From Squalus acanthias (taxonomy: Eukaryota): a stretch of DNA of 64,000 nt. Position numbers and translations under genes: made by a program. Below the pieces are notes generated by a model, which saw only the letters and a list, made by a program, of their open reading frames with translations, had not been told where the DNA came from and ran no database searches. The stretch spans positions 74,836,001-74,900,000 of the forward strand of contig CM059432.1 of NCBI GenBank assembly GCA_030390025.1. Direction: 5' to 3'. Shown here piece by piece: positions 50,735 to 61,603 of the stretch. Positions within the stretch are counted from its first letter, which is position 1. The number at the start of each line of letters is the position of its first letter.

Positions 50735-51985
50735 TTAGTTGAACCTGGCATGGATTAGGCCATCCCTTGCCTGATGGGCAGCAATGTGCTTGCGTGCTGG
50801 TCGCACTGGGTCAGCCACCATCTCCAGGTGTTCCTCATCTGCAACCTCGTTCGGCTCTTCTTCCTTCTCCTCCTCCTCCTCATCCTCTGAAGAGGCTGTG
50901 CACTCTGTGACCTGTTCCTCAGGCAGCGCTAATCCCCATTGCAGTGCGATCTTGTGCAGGGCACAGCAGACCATGATGATTCTCGATACCCTGGCTGGTG
51001 CGTATTGTAGGGCTCCACCAGATCTGTCCAGGCATCTGAAGCGCATTTTGAGCAACCCTATTGTTTGCTCAATGACACTTCTGGTGGAGATGTGGCTCTG
51101 ATTGTAGCTCTCCTTTGGCTCGGTTGATGGCCTCCTCATCGGCGTCATTAGCCATGTCTTCAGGGGATAGCCCTTGTCTCCAAGGAGCCATCCGGAAAGG
51201 TCATTTGGCGGAGCGAAGAGCTGAGGCACAGTGGACTGGCGCAGGAGGCAAGAGTCATGGCAGCTGCCAGGGTACTTTGCGCACACATGCATTATGCTCT
51301 TCCTGTGGTTACACACCAGCTGCATGTGAAGGGAGTGGAAGCCCTTGCGGTTCACAAATACTGCTGGGTTGTAATGGGGTGCCCTGATGGCCACATGGGT
51401 GCAGTCGATGACGCCCTGCAACCGTGAAAAGCCAGCCAGAGTGAGACAGCCAAGTGCCCGCACGGTAACATTTGCTTCATCGGTTGAAAAGTGGATGTAA
51501 TTGGCGGACTTTGCAAAAAGGGCATCGGTAACCTGCGTGATGCATCTGTGGGCGGCCGACTGGGAGATGGCGCTAATGTCTGCTGCTGATCCCTGGAAGG
51601 ACCCTGATGCAAAGAAGTTGAGGGCAGTAGTGACTTTGACAGCCACTGGTAAGGCGTGCCCACCCGCTCCTCTGGGCTGCAAGTCTTGGTGCAGCATAGC
51701 GCAGATGTCTGCGACTACCTCTCGCGAAAGTTTCAGGCTCCTTTGGCAGTGCTGCTCACTCATGTTGAGGAAGCTCATCCTCTGTCTGTAAACCCGGTGT
51801 TGGGGGTATCTCCTGCGGCGCGGGCCAGCCAAGCACTGACGCCCTCTGCCCTGTGCAGCATCCGGCAGCTGAAGAGAAGGTTGGCGCTCTTGTTGGTGCT
51901 GCTGCTGTGCCTGGTTCTGCAGCTGCCGCGGATGATCCTCTTCCGAATCGGAGGACCAGGATGCGAGAGTATAAATGGCTCCCAT
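50735..51985 (-). CDS. Harbinger (HARBI1-like, DDE_Tnp_4) transposase, 416 aa, open ORF
   Basis: [57 protein letters not shown]. The D-D-E triad is present. Confidence 0.92.
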   Translation of the reverse strand: MGAIYTLASWSSDSEEDHPRQLQNQAQQQHQQERQPSLQLPDAAQGRGRQCLAGPRRRRYPQHRVYRQRMSFLNMSEQHCQRSLKLSREVVADICAMLHQDLQPRGAGGHALPVAVKVTTALNFFASGSFQGSAADISAISQSAAHRCITQVTDALFAKSANYIHFSTDEANVTVRALGCLTLAGFSRLQGVIDCTHVAIRAPHYNPAVFVNRKGFHSLHMQLVCNHRKSIMHVCAKYPGSCHDSCLLRQSTVPQLFAPPNDLSGWLLGDKGYPLKTWLMTPMRRPSTEPKESYNQSHISTRSVIEQTIGLLKMRFRCLDRSGGALQYAPARVSRIIMVCCALHKIALQWGLALPEEQVTECTASSEDEEEEEKEEEPNEVADEEHLEMVADPVRPARKHIAAHQARDGLIHARFN

Positions 51986-54210
51986 TCTGCTGTTATATCT
52001 GGCAGTTGAGGATGAGATGTTATCAGGAGTAAGTCAATCGGGAGAGAGCCTATTCCGAGGAGGTGACAGTGCATATAGAGTTCACAGCACACACTTACAA
52101 CCTCAATATAGCTCAAAGGTGTCCTCCAAATAATGAATTCAGCCACTTCGGCCATTTGAAAATGAACTGATGTGATTGGTAAGTTTATATGCAGCACTTG
52201 CAACTGTGAATTATTCAGCTCATTGGAAGACCCAACACACTCAGCTGGCGTGGTTGTCGAACGACGTGAAACACATTGAAAATGGAATTAACCTGGCAAA
52301 ATAGCATTTAACAAGGAGTTAACAACCTTAAATGTCTCTCCCGCCGCTTGGTGTTGGGTCTGCTGTGAAGGCACAGAACCGACACTTTGGAAACAGGCGT
52401 GGAGGTGGGTTAGCGACGGGTTCCAAACCCGCCATCAATCATTTTGGATTTAACAGCTGACCCACCTCCAAACCCGCCATCTCAGCGCCGGCAAAATTGC
52501 AGCCTTTGTGTTTGTCTTCATGGAAGAAGATGCAAAAAACTTCCCAGAAATAGTGGAGAACCAAGGGTCTAGCGAGAATGGGAGACTGGTCAAGAAGGTA
52601 AGAGCCCATGGGATCCAGGGCAATTTGGCACATTGGATCCAAAATTGGCTTAGTGGCAGGAGGGTGATGGTCGAAGGTTGTTTTTGTGACTGGAAGCCTG
52701 TGTCCAGCAGTGTACCGCAGGGATCGGTGCTGGGTCCCTTGCTGTTTGTAGTGTACATTAATGATTTAGATATGAATGTAGGAGGTATGATCAGTAAGTT
52801 CGCAGATTGGTGGAGTGGTAAATAGCGAGGAGGGAAGCCTCAGGCTACAGGATGATATAGACGGGTTGGTCAGATGGGTAAAACAGTGGCAAATGGAATT
52901 TAACCCTGAAAAGTGTGAGGTGATGCATTTTGGGAGGACTAACAAGGCAAGGGAATACACAATGAATGGTAGGACCCTAAGAAGGACAGAGGATCAGAGG
53001 AACCTTGGTGTGCATGTACATAGATCCCTGAAGGCAGCAGGACAGGTAGATAAGGTGGTTAAGAAGGCATATGGGATACTTGCCTTCATTAGCCGAGGCA
53101 TAGAATATAAGAGCAGGGAGGTTATGCTGGCACTGTACCAAACGCTAGTTAGGCCACAGCTGGAATACTGTGTGCAGTTCTGGTTGCCACACTATAGGAA
53201 GGATGTGATTGCATTGGAGAGGGTGCAGAGGAGATTCACCAGATGTTACCTGGGCTGGAGCGTTTCAGTTATGAAGAGAGACTGGACAGGCTGGGGTTGT
53301 TTTCCTTTAGAGCAGAGAAGGCTGAGGGGGAACCTGATGAGGTGTACAAAATTATGAGGGGCATAGATAGGGTAGATAGAAAGGAACTTTTCCCCTTAGT
53401 AGAGGGGTCAATAACCAGGGGGCATAGTTTCAAGGTAAGGGGCAGGAGGTTTAAAGGGGATTTGAGGAAAAACATTTTCACCCAGAGGGTGGTTGGAATC
53501 TGGAACTCACTGCCTGAAAGGGTGGTAGTGGCAGGAACCCTCACAACATTCAAGAAGCATTTAGATGAGCACTTGAAACGCCATAGCATACAAGGCTACG
53601 GACCAAGTGCTGGAAAATGGGATTAGAATAGATAGGGCTTGATGGCTGGCGCAGACACGATGGGCCGAAGGGCTTCTTTCTGTGCTGTATGACTCTATGG
53701 GGTAAAAATTCAGTTGGTTGCGCCTCCCGTTAGCGCCTTAAGAGGGCGCTAATGGGGCGTTAAGGCGCTAACGCCCGGGCGCAGCGCTGTTTGCGCCGCT
53801 CGAGAACTTAACTTGAGATTGTGCGGCGGCGCTAAAACTTACCGCTGCGACCACCTGCGCGCGCAGATTGTGACGTCATTCCGTGGTGCAACGCCCTTGG
53901 GGCGCCCCGGAGCAGAAATTGAGTGGCGCCCCCTGCCTTACCGCCTGGCGCTTCCAACGACCGGAAGACTGGAACGTTATCAATCGGTGTGGGGCTGGGG
54001 GGGGCGCTATTTAAAGGGGGCCTCTTCCTGTCTTTTTCTGTGGTCGACATTTATGCACCACTCGTTCTGAGAGAGAGAGAGAGATTCGGAGAGAGAGAGA
54101 GAGAGACTTCTACATTGACTCAACGCTTTGTGAGGTAGTTTTGCCTAGTTCATCCTAACTTTGCTGCTACTTTAGTTGCTGTACCTCATTACTTTTCTGG
54201 CAAAGAGAAT

Positions 54211-55371
54211 ATGGGGGCTGCAATGATTGGGGGCGTCGTCCTGCTCCAGCTCAATCGGAGGATAGTGAGACGCAGACAGAGAGTGGCAATGATGGCCAGA
54301 CGGAGGAGGGCCATCAGGCGCATGTACAGGAGAGCTTACCCTCCCAGGGTATATCGTGAACAGCTCTCCTACATCCACATGTCCGAGGAGCTGTGTTTGC
54401 GAAGGCTGCGATTCAGCAAGGAGGTGGTCACTGAGCTCTGCCACCTGCTGCAGCCAGATCTGCAGCCTCAGCTGAGGTCCAGGACGTCTCTGTCGGTGGC
54501 AGTGAAGGTCACAGTGGCTTTGAACTTCTACGCCACTGGCTCATACCAAGCTGCTGTTGGGGACCTCGCCAATATCTCCCAGTTTGCGGTGCATTGCTGC
54601 ATCCGGCAGGTCACCAATGCCCTCTTCACAAGGAGACGAGACTTCATCTCCTTCCCTATGACCCCAGACAAGCAGCATGACCGTGCTATGGGCTTTGCGA
54701 GGGTAGCGGGCTTCCCCATGGTGCAGGGCGCCATTGACTGCACGCATGTGGCTTTGCGTGCTCCGCGAGAGAATGCAGAGGAGTTCCGGAACAGAAAGGG
54801 GTTCCATTCCTTGAATGTGCAGTTGGTCTGTGACCACAGACAGGTGATTCTCGCTGTCAATGCCCACTATCCGGGCAGCTGCCACGATGCTTTCATCCTG
54901 CGCCAGAGTACTGTGGCAGAAATTTTCGAGGCACCGCATCAGCCAGTTGGTTGGCTTCTGGGGGACAAGGGGTACGCATTGAGCACCTGGCCGATGACAC
55001 CGCTCCGTGCGCCAAACACCCCTGCTGAGCTGCGGTACCAGGAAAGCCAACAAGCAACCAGGAACATTATTGAGCGCACAATCGGCGTGCTCAAACAACG
55101 ATTCCGCTGTCTGGACCATTCCGGAGGAGCCCTGCAGTACTCGCCTGAGCAAGTTTCGAAATTCGTAGTCGTGTGCTGCATGTTGCACAACATGGCAATC
55201 CTCAGGACGCAGCCAATGCCACCAGGCCTTGCAGCACCACAAGAGGAGGAGGAGGAAGAGGAGGAACAGGACGAGGACGATGATCAGCAGCAGCACCAAG
55301 GCAGGAGGGCGGCCCACAATGGTCAAACTGCAAGGGCCGTCCGTCAACGACTAATAGCAAGCCGCTTCTAG
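54211..55371 (+). CDS. Harbinger (HARBI1-like, DDE_Tnp_4) transposase, 386 aa
   Basis: [73 protein letters not shown], acidic tail. Confidence 0.95.
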   Translation: MGAAMIGGVVLLQLNRRIVRRRQRVAMMARRRRAIRRMYRRAYPPRVYREQLSYIHMSEELCLRRLRFSKEVVTELCHLLQPDLQPQLRSRTSLSVAVKVTVALNFYATGSYQAAVGDLANISQFAVHCCIRQVTNALFTRRRDFISFPMTPDKQHDRAMGFARVAGFPMVQGAIDCTHVALRAPRENAEEFRNRKGFHSLNVQLVCDHRQVILAVNAHYPGSCHDAFILRQSTVAEIFEAPHQPVGWLLGDKGYALSTWPMTPLRAPNTPAELRYQESQQATRNIIERTIGVLKQRFRCLDHSGGALQYSPEQVSKFVVVCCMLHNMAILRTQPMPPGLAAPQEEEEEEEEQDEDDDQQQHQGRRAAHNGQTARAVRQRLIASRF

Positions 55372-55665
55372 GGCCCCTGCCATTGCTACAAACACGAATC
55401 AACCCAGCACGCAACCCCTAAGCCGGCCAAGGCACCAATAATTCCAACCACCAGCCATGTATATTTTGAATACAGAAACTTATTTATTGTACAAACTCTG
55501 TGTGTGTCAATTCCTCATGACAAACTCATAGAAATAAACACAAAAAAACAGTCAATAACATAACTGGTTCTCACAACCTGGAGATAATGTCCAAAACACT
55601 AAACAAAAGTTGGGCCATGAACCTCGGCCTTTAATAAAAAAATGACCAGCATTTTGGCACACCTC

Positions 55666-56732
55666 CTACTTTTTGCCCTTCGAGGGTGATCTCCTTCCCT
55701 TGCGCACTTCCCCCCTTCTAACCCTACTGCTCCTCCGTAATGGGACCTCAGTGGCTGCAGCAAGGCTGGTGGAAGGCTGCTGCTCGTCAGACCCTGACAC
55801 TGCAGATGCCCCTGAAGGACGGCCTCGACCACTTCTGGGCCTGGAGGGCCCGGCTGCAGACTGCACCAACTCTGCATGGGCGGCAGCAGTCTGTCCTACA
55901 GGCGGTGGCAAGTGCAGTGGAGAAGTGACAGTGTTGGCAGCAGGAATGCTGTCATCGTGAGAGAGGACAGCAACTCCCTGCTCGCCCGACACACTGGCAC
56001 TCCCACGGGGCAGCACTTCAGCATCCGGAGCAATTTGCCGGAGAACAGATTGCTGGCCTGCTGCGGCGCGGTGACAGCCCCGGGGACATGTGCACGAACC
56101 ATCGAGGATGGCAGCAGTCAGTGCTCGCGTGGCCTCAATCTGAGTCTGCATGAGAGCAGTCTCAGATGGGTTCCTGGCAGCCAGTGACTGAATTGCAGCA
56201 CTAAGCTTTAGTGTGGCATCCGCCTGTGCTACAGCGAAGTGCTCCACACTCCTTGCCAGTGCCTCAATGCATTCGGGCACCCTTCCCACTGCACCCATGA
56301 GCTCAGTGTGCATGCCCACCGCCTGGCTGTTCATTTCTGCAATCAGCCGCTCCTCCTCTGCGTCCATTGCATTAGGAGTGTCTGGCATACTCTCCCTCTG
56401 GGGAGAAGGCTCCCGTTCTTCCCTCCCCCCCCCATGGCGTTGCTGCAGCCCGCTGGGTCCTGGAGCTTCACCATCATCAGCCCCTTCCCCCCTGCTCCCC
56501 CGTTCTTCTCTCCCCCCCCAATGGCGTTGCTGCAGCCCGCTGGGTCCTGGAGCTTCACCATCATCAGCCCCTTCCCCCCTGCTCCCCTCCGGGGAAGGCG
56601 TGTTCCCAGTGTGGCCATGGGCTTCCTCGGGAGAGGGTGGCACTGATGCTCCGGCTTCCTCTTCCTCCTCAGCTGCAGCATCACTCCCAGTGGCAGCTTC
56701 AGGGACCATCTCCTCAGCTGGTGAATCGCCAT
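55666..56732 (-). CDS. H2 Myb/SANT-like protein, exon 3 (spliced product 488 aa)
   Basis: Acceptor CCCTGCTTTCAG|AT joins in frame to ORF 55666-56709. 237+163+1067 = 1467 nt. Basic C-terminus RRSSRVRR..KGRRSPSKGKK. Confidence 0.85.
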
Positions 56733-56891
56733 CTGAAAGCAGGGAGGTACAAGAGTGGCTTTAGCGTGAGGACAGGGTGGCAGTAAGGGAGGAATAAGTG
56801 CAGCGAGTTAGCAAGTTGGATTGAAAGTGTCAAAGGCTGGTATTGTGAGGGACAAGTGGAAGGACAGAGGACAAAAAGGTGATGACCTTAC

Positions 56892-57054
56892 CATTGCTGT
56901 CCACAACGGGGTCGGCGTCCCCAGTGGCGATGGGACCGATCACCCGGCTTGCCACAATCCTGTGGACGCGCTCCTCCAGATCGCTGAGGGGTTGCAGCTG
57001 AAGCCGCCCTCCACCCGTCCGTTGCTGCTGTCTCCGATTATGAGCCAGCTTAGC
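56892..57054 (-). CDS. H2 Myb/SANT-like protein, exon 2
   Basis: Acceptor TTTTTCTTGCAG|GCT, AKLAHNRRQQQRTGGG...LSDLEE, donor ATG|GTAAGG, 163 nt, phase 1. Confidence 0.88.
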
Positions 57055-57086
57055 CTGCAAGAAAAAGGACAGCATCTGAGTAAATA

Positions 57087-57252
57087 TACAGCCATGGTCT
57101 TGCCTGATGTGCCTCCCATAGGTGAATAGCCCTTACAATATGCAGCCATGGTCTTGCCTGATGTGCCTCCCATAGGTGAATAGCCCTTACTGTATGCAGC
57201 CATGGTCTTGCCTGATGTGCCTCCCATAGGTGAATAGCCCTTACTGTATGCA
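57087..57252. repeat. 54-bp tandem repeat x3 in H2 Myb intron 1
   Basis: GCCATGGTCTTGCCTGATGTGCCTCCCATAGGTGAATAGCCCTTAC at 57091, 57145 and 57199. Confidence 0.95.
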
Positions 57253-57392
57253 AAGTGTGGAATGTGTGTGTGTGTTTGATGAAAGGGCCATAGGTGTTGC
57301 ATGAGTGTTGTGCATTGGAGTTTTAAGACCCTCTGGCCATATAGTGAGGTTGAGATGGAGGGATGGAGAGGTATTGAGAAAAAGCCACTCAC

Positions 57393-57629
57393 CCTGACGA
57401 CCCGAGTGAGGTCGTTGAATTTTTTGCGGCACTGAACATGGGTCCTGGGCACCATGCTCCTGGAGGAGACGCTCTGAGCCACCTCCCTCCACACTCTTCT
57501 GAACTCGCGTGGCAAAGGCCTCCTGCCACTCTCCGGGAACAGCATGCATCGTCTGCGCTCCACTGCGCCAACCAGAGCATCCAAGGCCCGCTCGGTGAAG
57601 CGATGAGCGCGTTCTCTCACCCTCTCCAT
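57393..57629 (-). CDS. H2 Myb/SANT-like DNA-binding protein, exon 1
   Basis: MERVRERAHRFTERALDALV...LFP...W.EVA..VS......QCRKKFNDL, donor AGG|GTGAGT, 237 nt, phase 0. Confidence 0.9.
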
Positions 57630-59779
57630 GCTTGGCAGCAAAATGGATTACAAGTCTCTCTAGGCTGAGATTCAAGGCTGCAATGAGCAGGGTGTGGCTG
57701 GGGAGCAAGTGGCCCCCCCCCGCTTTAAGAAGTGTCCGGCGCCAGTGTGTCTGTGTTCCCTCGCTAACTGGCAGCAGCTGCGCTGCGCTCGTGCGCTGAG
57801 GTAGCGCCTCACTCCTAGGCCTTTGCGCCTTAAGAGAGGTGTGCAGCGCCTAATTTAGCGCTCCACTCACCTCCCGGGGCGGTAAAAGTGAAGTTTACTG
57901 TCAGTGCCGATAATTAGCGCCAGGCGCTAATATTTGCGCGCGGACGATATTTGCGCCCCAAATGGGGCGCGACCTAATTTCTACCCCTATGACTCTAATG
58001 AAGAACTGAAAGAAATTAAAATTATTTAAAAAAAAATAGTACTGGAGTAATTAATGGGACTGAAAGCCGATAAATCCCCTGGACCTGAAGGCCTACATCC
58101 TAGGGTTTTGAAAGAGTTGGCTATAGAGATAGTGGATGCATAGGTTGTCAACTTCCAAAATTCCATAGATTCTAGAACAGTTCCCGCGGATTGGAAGGTG
58201 GCAAATGTAACCCCATTATTTAAGAAAGGAGGGAAGAGAGAAAACGAGAAACTACAGACCAGTTAGCCTGACATCGGTAGTAGGGAAAATGCTAAAATCT
58301 ATTATTAAGGACGTGGTAACAGGGCACGTAGAAAATAATAATAGGATTGGGCAGAGTCAACATGGATTTATGAAAGGGAAATCATGTTTGATGAATCTGT
58401 TAGAGTCTTTTGAGGTTGTAACTAGCAGAATTGATAAGGGGGAACCAGTGGATGTGGTGTATTTGGATTTTCAGAAGCCATTCGATAAGGTGCCACACAA
58501 GAGGTTATTAAACAAAATTAGGGCTCATGGGATTGGGGATAATATACGAGCTTGGACTGAGGATTGGTTGACGGACAGAAAACAGAGAGTAGGAATAAGC
58601 GGGCCATTTTTGGGTTGGCAGGCTGTAACTAGTGGAGTACCGCAAGGATCAGTGCTTGGGCCTCAGCTATTCACAATCTATATCAATAATTTGAATGAGG
58701 AGACCAAATGTAATATATCCAAGTTTGCTGATGATACAAAGCTAGGTGGGAATGGAAGTTGTGAGGAGGATGCAAAGAGGCTTCAAAGGAATATAGACAA
58801 GCTAAGTGAGTGGGCAAGAACATGGCAAATTTAATATAATGTGGAGAAATGTGAAGTTATCCACTTTGGTAGGAAAAGTAGAAAAGCAGAGTATTATTTA
58901 AGGGTGAGAGATTGGGAAATGTTGGTGTTCAAAGGGACCTGGGTGTCCTTGTACACAAATCACTGAAAGTTATCATGCAGGTACAGCAAGCAATTAAGAA
59001 AGCAAATGGTATGTTGGCCTTTATTACAAGAGGATTGGAGTACAAGAGTAAAGACGTCTTACTGCAATTATATAGGGCCCTGGTGAGACCACACCTGGAG
59101 TATTGAGTACAGTTTTCGTCTCCTTAGCTAAGGAAGGATATACTTGCCATAGAGGGAGTGCAACGAAGGTTCACCAGACTGATTCCTGGGATGGGGGGAT
59201 TGTCCTATGAGGAGAAATTGAGTAGACTAGGCCTATATTCTCTGGAGTTTAGAAGAATGAGAGGTGATCTCATTGAAACATACACAATTCTTACAGGGCT
59301 TGACAGGGTAGATGCAGGGAGGATGTTTCCCCTGGCTGGGGAGCCTAGAACCAGGGGTCACAGTCTCAGAATAAGGGGTCGGCCATTAGGACTGAGATGA
59401 GGAGAAATTTCTTCACTCAGAGGGTGGTGAATCTTTGGAATTCTCTACCCCAGAGGGCTGTGGAGGCTCAGTCGTTGAGTATATTCAAGACAGAGATCGA
59501 TAGATTTTTGGATATTAAGGGAATCAAGGGTTATGGGGATCGGGCAGGAAGGTGGAGTTGAGGTAAAAGATCAGCCATGATCTTATTGAATGGCCTACTC
59601 CTGCTCCTATTTCTTATGTTCTTATGTACCTGCCTGTCTGTCCTGTCAGCCAGTGAATGGTGTTTGGCTCACTGAGATACAAGAGAGGTAACAAACAAAA
59701 TAAAATAAAATAGAGAAATAAAGGTGAGGATTATTAAAATCATTTATTTTAATTGAAAAATTAAAGTGGAAGACCAAGG

Positions 59780-60480
59780 GTCATAGCATAGGGCACCACC
59801 AAAAGGAAAAGAGGTGAGGCAAATCAGAAAGCAAGAATTGAGTTACTCAGCTTGAGTTTTAAAAGTCTGATGATTTAGCAAAAAGGAGAAACAATTCCAC
59901 AATTTTGTGGTACATGAAAATGTTGTTGGAGTAGGAGATTGTATAATAGGTTGTCTTTCAATAGAACAAGAATGTAATATAGCTGCAGCTGAGGAGTAAC
60001 AAGAAAGGAAAGTTGAGAGGCGCACTGGCCATCGTAGCGTTGATTAAAAAAGAACGGTTGCAAAACAGATAGTGGTTGGAGGCTAGTGGTGAATGAAAGA
60101 TCGTCTATCAGTACAAGCTTTTTCTTGAATTCAGGAGTATAAGACAATCGGGGTAATGAAGAATGAACAAGAATATCCCAGAGGAAACCGAGAGAAGAGG
60201 GGAAGGCAGGGAGGGGAAGATGTGTTTCGTGGTGGGATCATCTAGTAGGTGGTAGAAATAGTGGAAGATAATCTGCAAAATATCAGGTTAGTAGGATGGA
60301 AGGTGAAGACGAGGGAAATTCTGTTGTTGAGAGGAAGGTGACGGGCACTATGAGTTGTTGGGAGGAAAAGAAGTGTTTGACAAGAAAGAGCAAACTAATA
60401 ATAAGATAAATTTTCCTCTTTCCTGCACCTGGGGAATGCTCAGTGAAGAGGAAAAAGGGGTGAAGACCCATCTATATCAG
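59780..60480 (-). mobile_element. Very degenerate Penelope-like RT remnant
   Basis: Antisense traces FYHLLDDPTTKH, VSSG and PIV, in the order expected for a PLE RT N-terminal region. Recognition from memory. Confidence 0.4.
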
Positions 60481-61073
60481 TTCTCCACCCCAACTGTGTT
60501 CTGCTGGGACTTCCTCAGCATCTCCAGATAGGTACAGCTGGGATTTCATTGCCAGCTTGTCCGATAGTTGGATCCGACAGCCCTATGTCCACAGGATTAG
60601 AGGCCAAAGAAACTGGGCAATGGTATTTGTGTGGGGACCTCTGTGGACTGGAGGGTCTGCAGGGGTCCCGGGAGAACCCAGAAGGTTTTGCAGGTATGTT
60701 TGTTTTTAGTAACTTCAACTCTCCATGGGACGATCTTTGGACCTTGGGACTTCTGGCTGCTGCTTTGTAGTAATCAGAAGGTCCTGATGCCAGTGGTCAG
60801 CAGCATAGTTGCATACCATCAGGAGACGAGCTGCAAAACTTTAAATTCAAGGGCACCTCTTCAGGCGCAGGGAACCTCCAGTAAATTGTGCCTGTTCAGC
60901 AGCCAGTGAGGGGGTCCCAGAGGAAAATCTATTCGAGTGAGGTGAACAGCTGAAGAAGGACTAAGGGTGTAGCTAGCAATACTCAGTAATGATTGCTTTT
61001 CATTGGACTTGCAGGAGACGTAAAGAATGCGTCTTTGTAGAATATGAAAGAAACAAAGTTACCTTGGACAATT

Positions 61074-61603
61074 GGGTAAAAATTTCAAGACTGTATTTCT
61101 GGCGCGGAACCTTGCTCAACGGAACCACAGATCAGAGAATTGGGCATAAGATCTGCGTGTCTGACGTCTGGTGCTCCTGCATTTGCAGTCGGCACGTTTT
61201 CTAGTGACTGGACATTTGGAAAATTTGGCATTGCGCTTGCTAACCTCCGCATTCGATTCTCTGATTTATGTTCCTGCTGAGTGAGGCTCCCACCAGGAGA
61301 AGCAGCCTTGCAAAATTGACCTTAATATGCTTTAAGGTAATTGCTAAGTAAAGATGAGCAGAAGTGGAGGAAGTTCATTCCTTGTTTGTGGAGAGTCATG
61401 ACCCATCAACCTGTGTGAAGTCCAGTTCAAAGCCTGGAGTTCGTATAATGCATAGATATTAAAATGTAATTCCTGCTACAAATCAAACAAAGTTTAACAA
61501 AAATCCGGTGGGCTTCATTACGTGCGGATTGATCCCTATTTTCCTCTGTATGCTTCACCCAAGTGATTATTTCCGCCCAAGTGCAATATCGGAAAATCTA
61601 CCC
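61074..61603. mobile_element. Possible Harbinger-type MITE (~530 bp)
   Basis: Ends GGGTAAAAATTTC and GGAAAATCTACCC form imperfect TIRs like those of H2, with CpG-richer ends. TSD imperfect (ATT/TTT). Confidence 0.45.

Larger units (their letters stand above)
48271..52504 (-). mobile_element. PIF/Harbinger transposon H1 (~4.2 kb)
   Basis: Ends CTGGATTTTCCG and CGGCAAAATTGCAGCC. The left end appears clipped and no TSD is visible. Myb gene on +, transposase on -, convergent. Repeated CGGGTT/AACCCG subterminal motifs. Confidence 0.92.
53699..57987 (+). mobile_element. PIF/Harbinger transposon H2, 4289 bp, apparently complete autonomous copy
   Basis: TIRs GGGGTAAAAATT and AATTTCTACCCC (11/12 match). 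TSD TAT at 53696-53698 and 57988-57990. Two intact convergent genes. Confidence 0.96.
52581..57996 (+). mobile_element. CR1-B, 5'-truncated (52581-53698 plus tail remnant 57988-57996), inserted in CR1-A
   Basis: RT C-terminal motifs and a (TATGACTC)n tail. Flanked by AATG at 52577-52580 and 57997-58000. Confidence 0.9.
47150..59626 (+). mobile_element. CR1-A (ORF2 + 3' UTR, ~2.8 kb) split into 47150-48270, 52505-52580 and 57997-59626
   Basis: APE motifs (VYRPP, IMGDFN, ILDLIL) in part 1. Sequence is continuous across both breakpoints. RT motifs (YLDFQK, GVPQGSVLGP, KFADDTK) and tail in part 3. Several stops. Confidence 0.93.

Noticed and set aside
54541..55347. 268-aa antisense ORF over the H2 transposase, and similar shadow ORFs
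   Set aside because: Expected in GC-rich coding DNA. No recognisable motif.
50735..55371. Host HARBI1 or NAIF1/MSANTD genes
   Set aside because: The genes lie inside TIR-bounded units nested in LINEs within an intron, so they are transposon copies.
48271..57987. RNA-guided nuclease (Fanzor/TnpB) cargo
   Set aside because: No RuvC or zinc-ribbon motifs seen. The coding space is explained by transposase and Myb genes.
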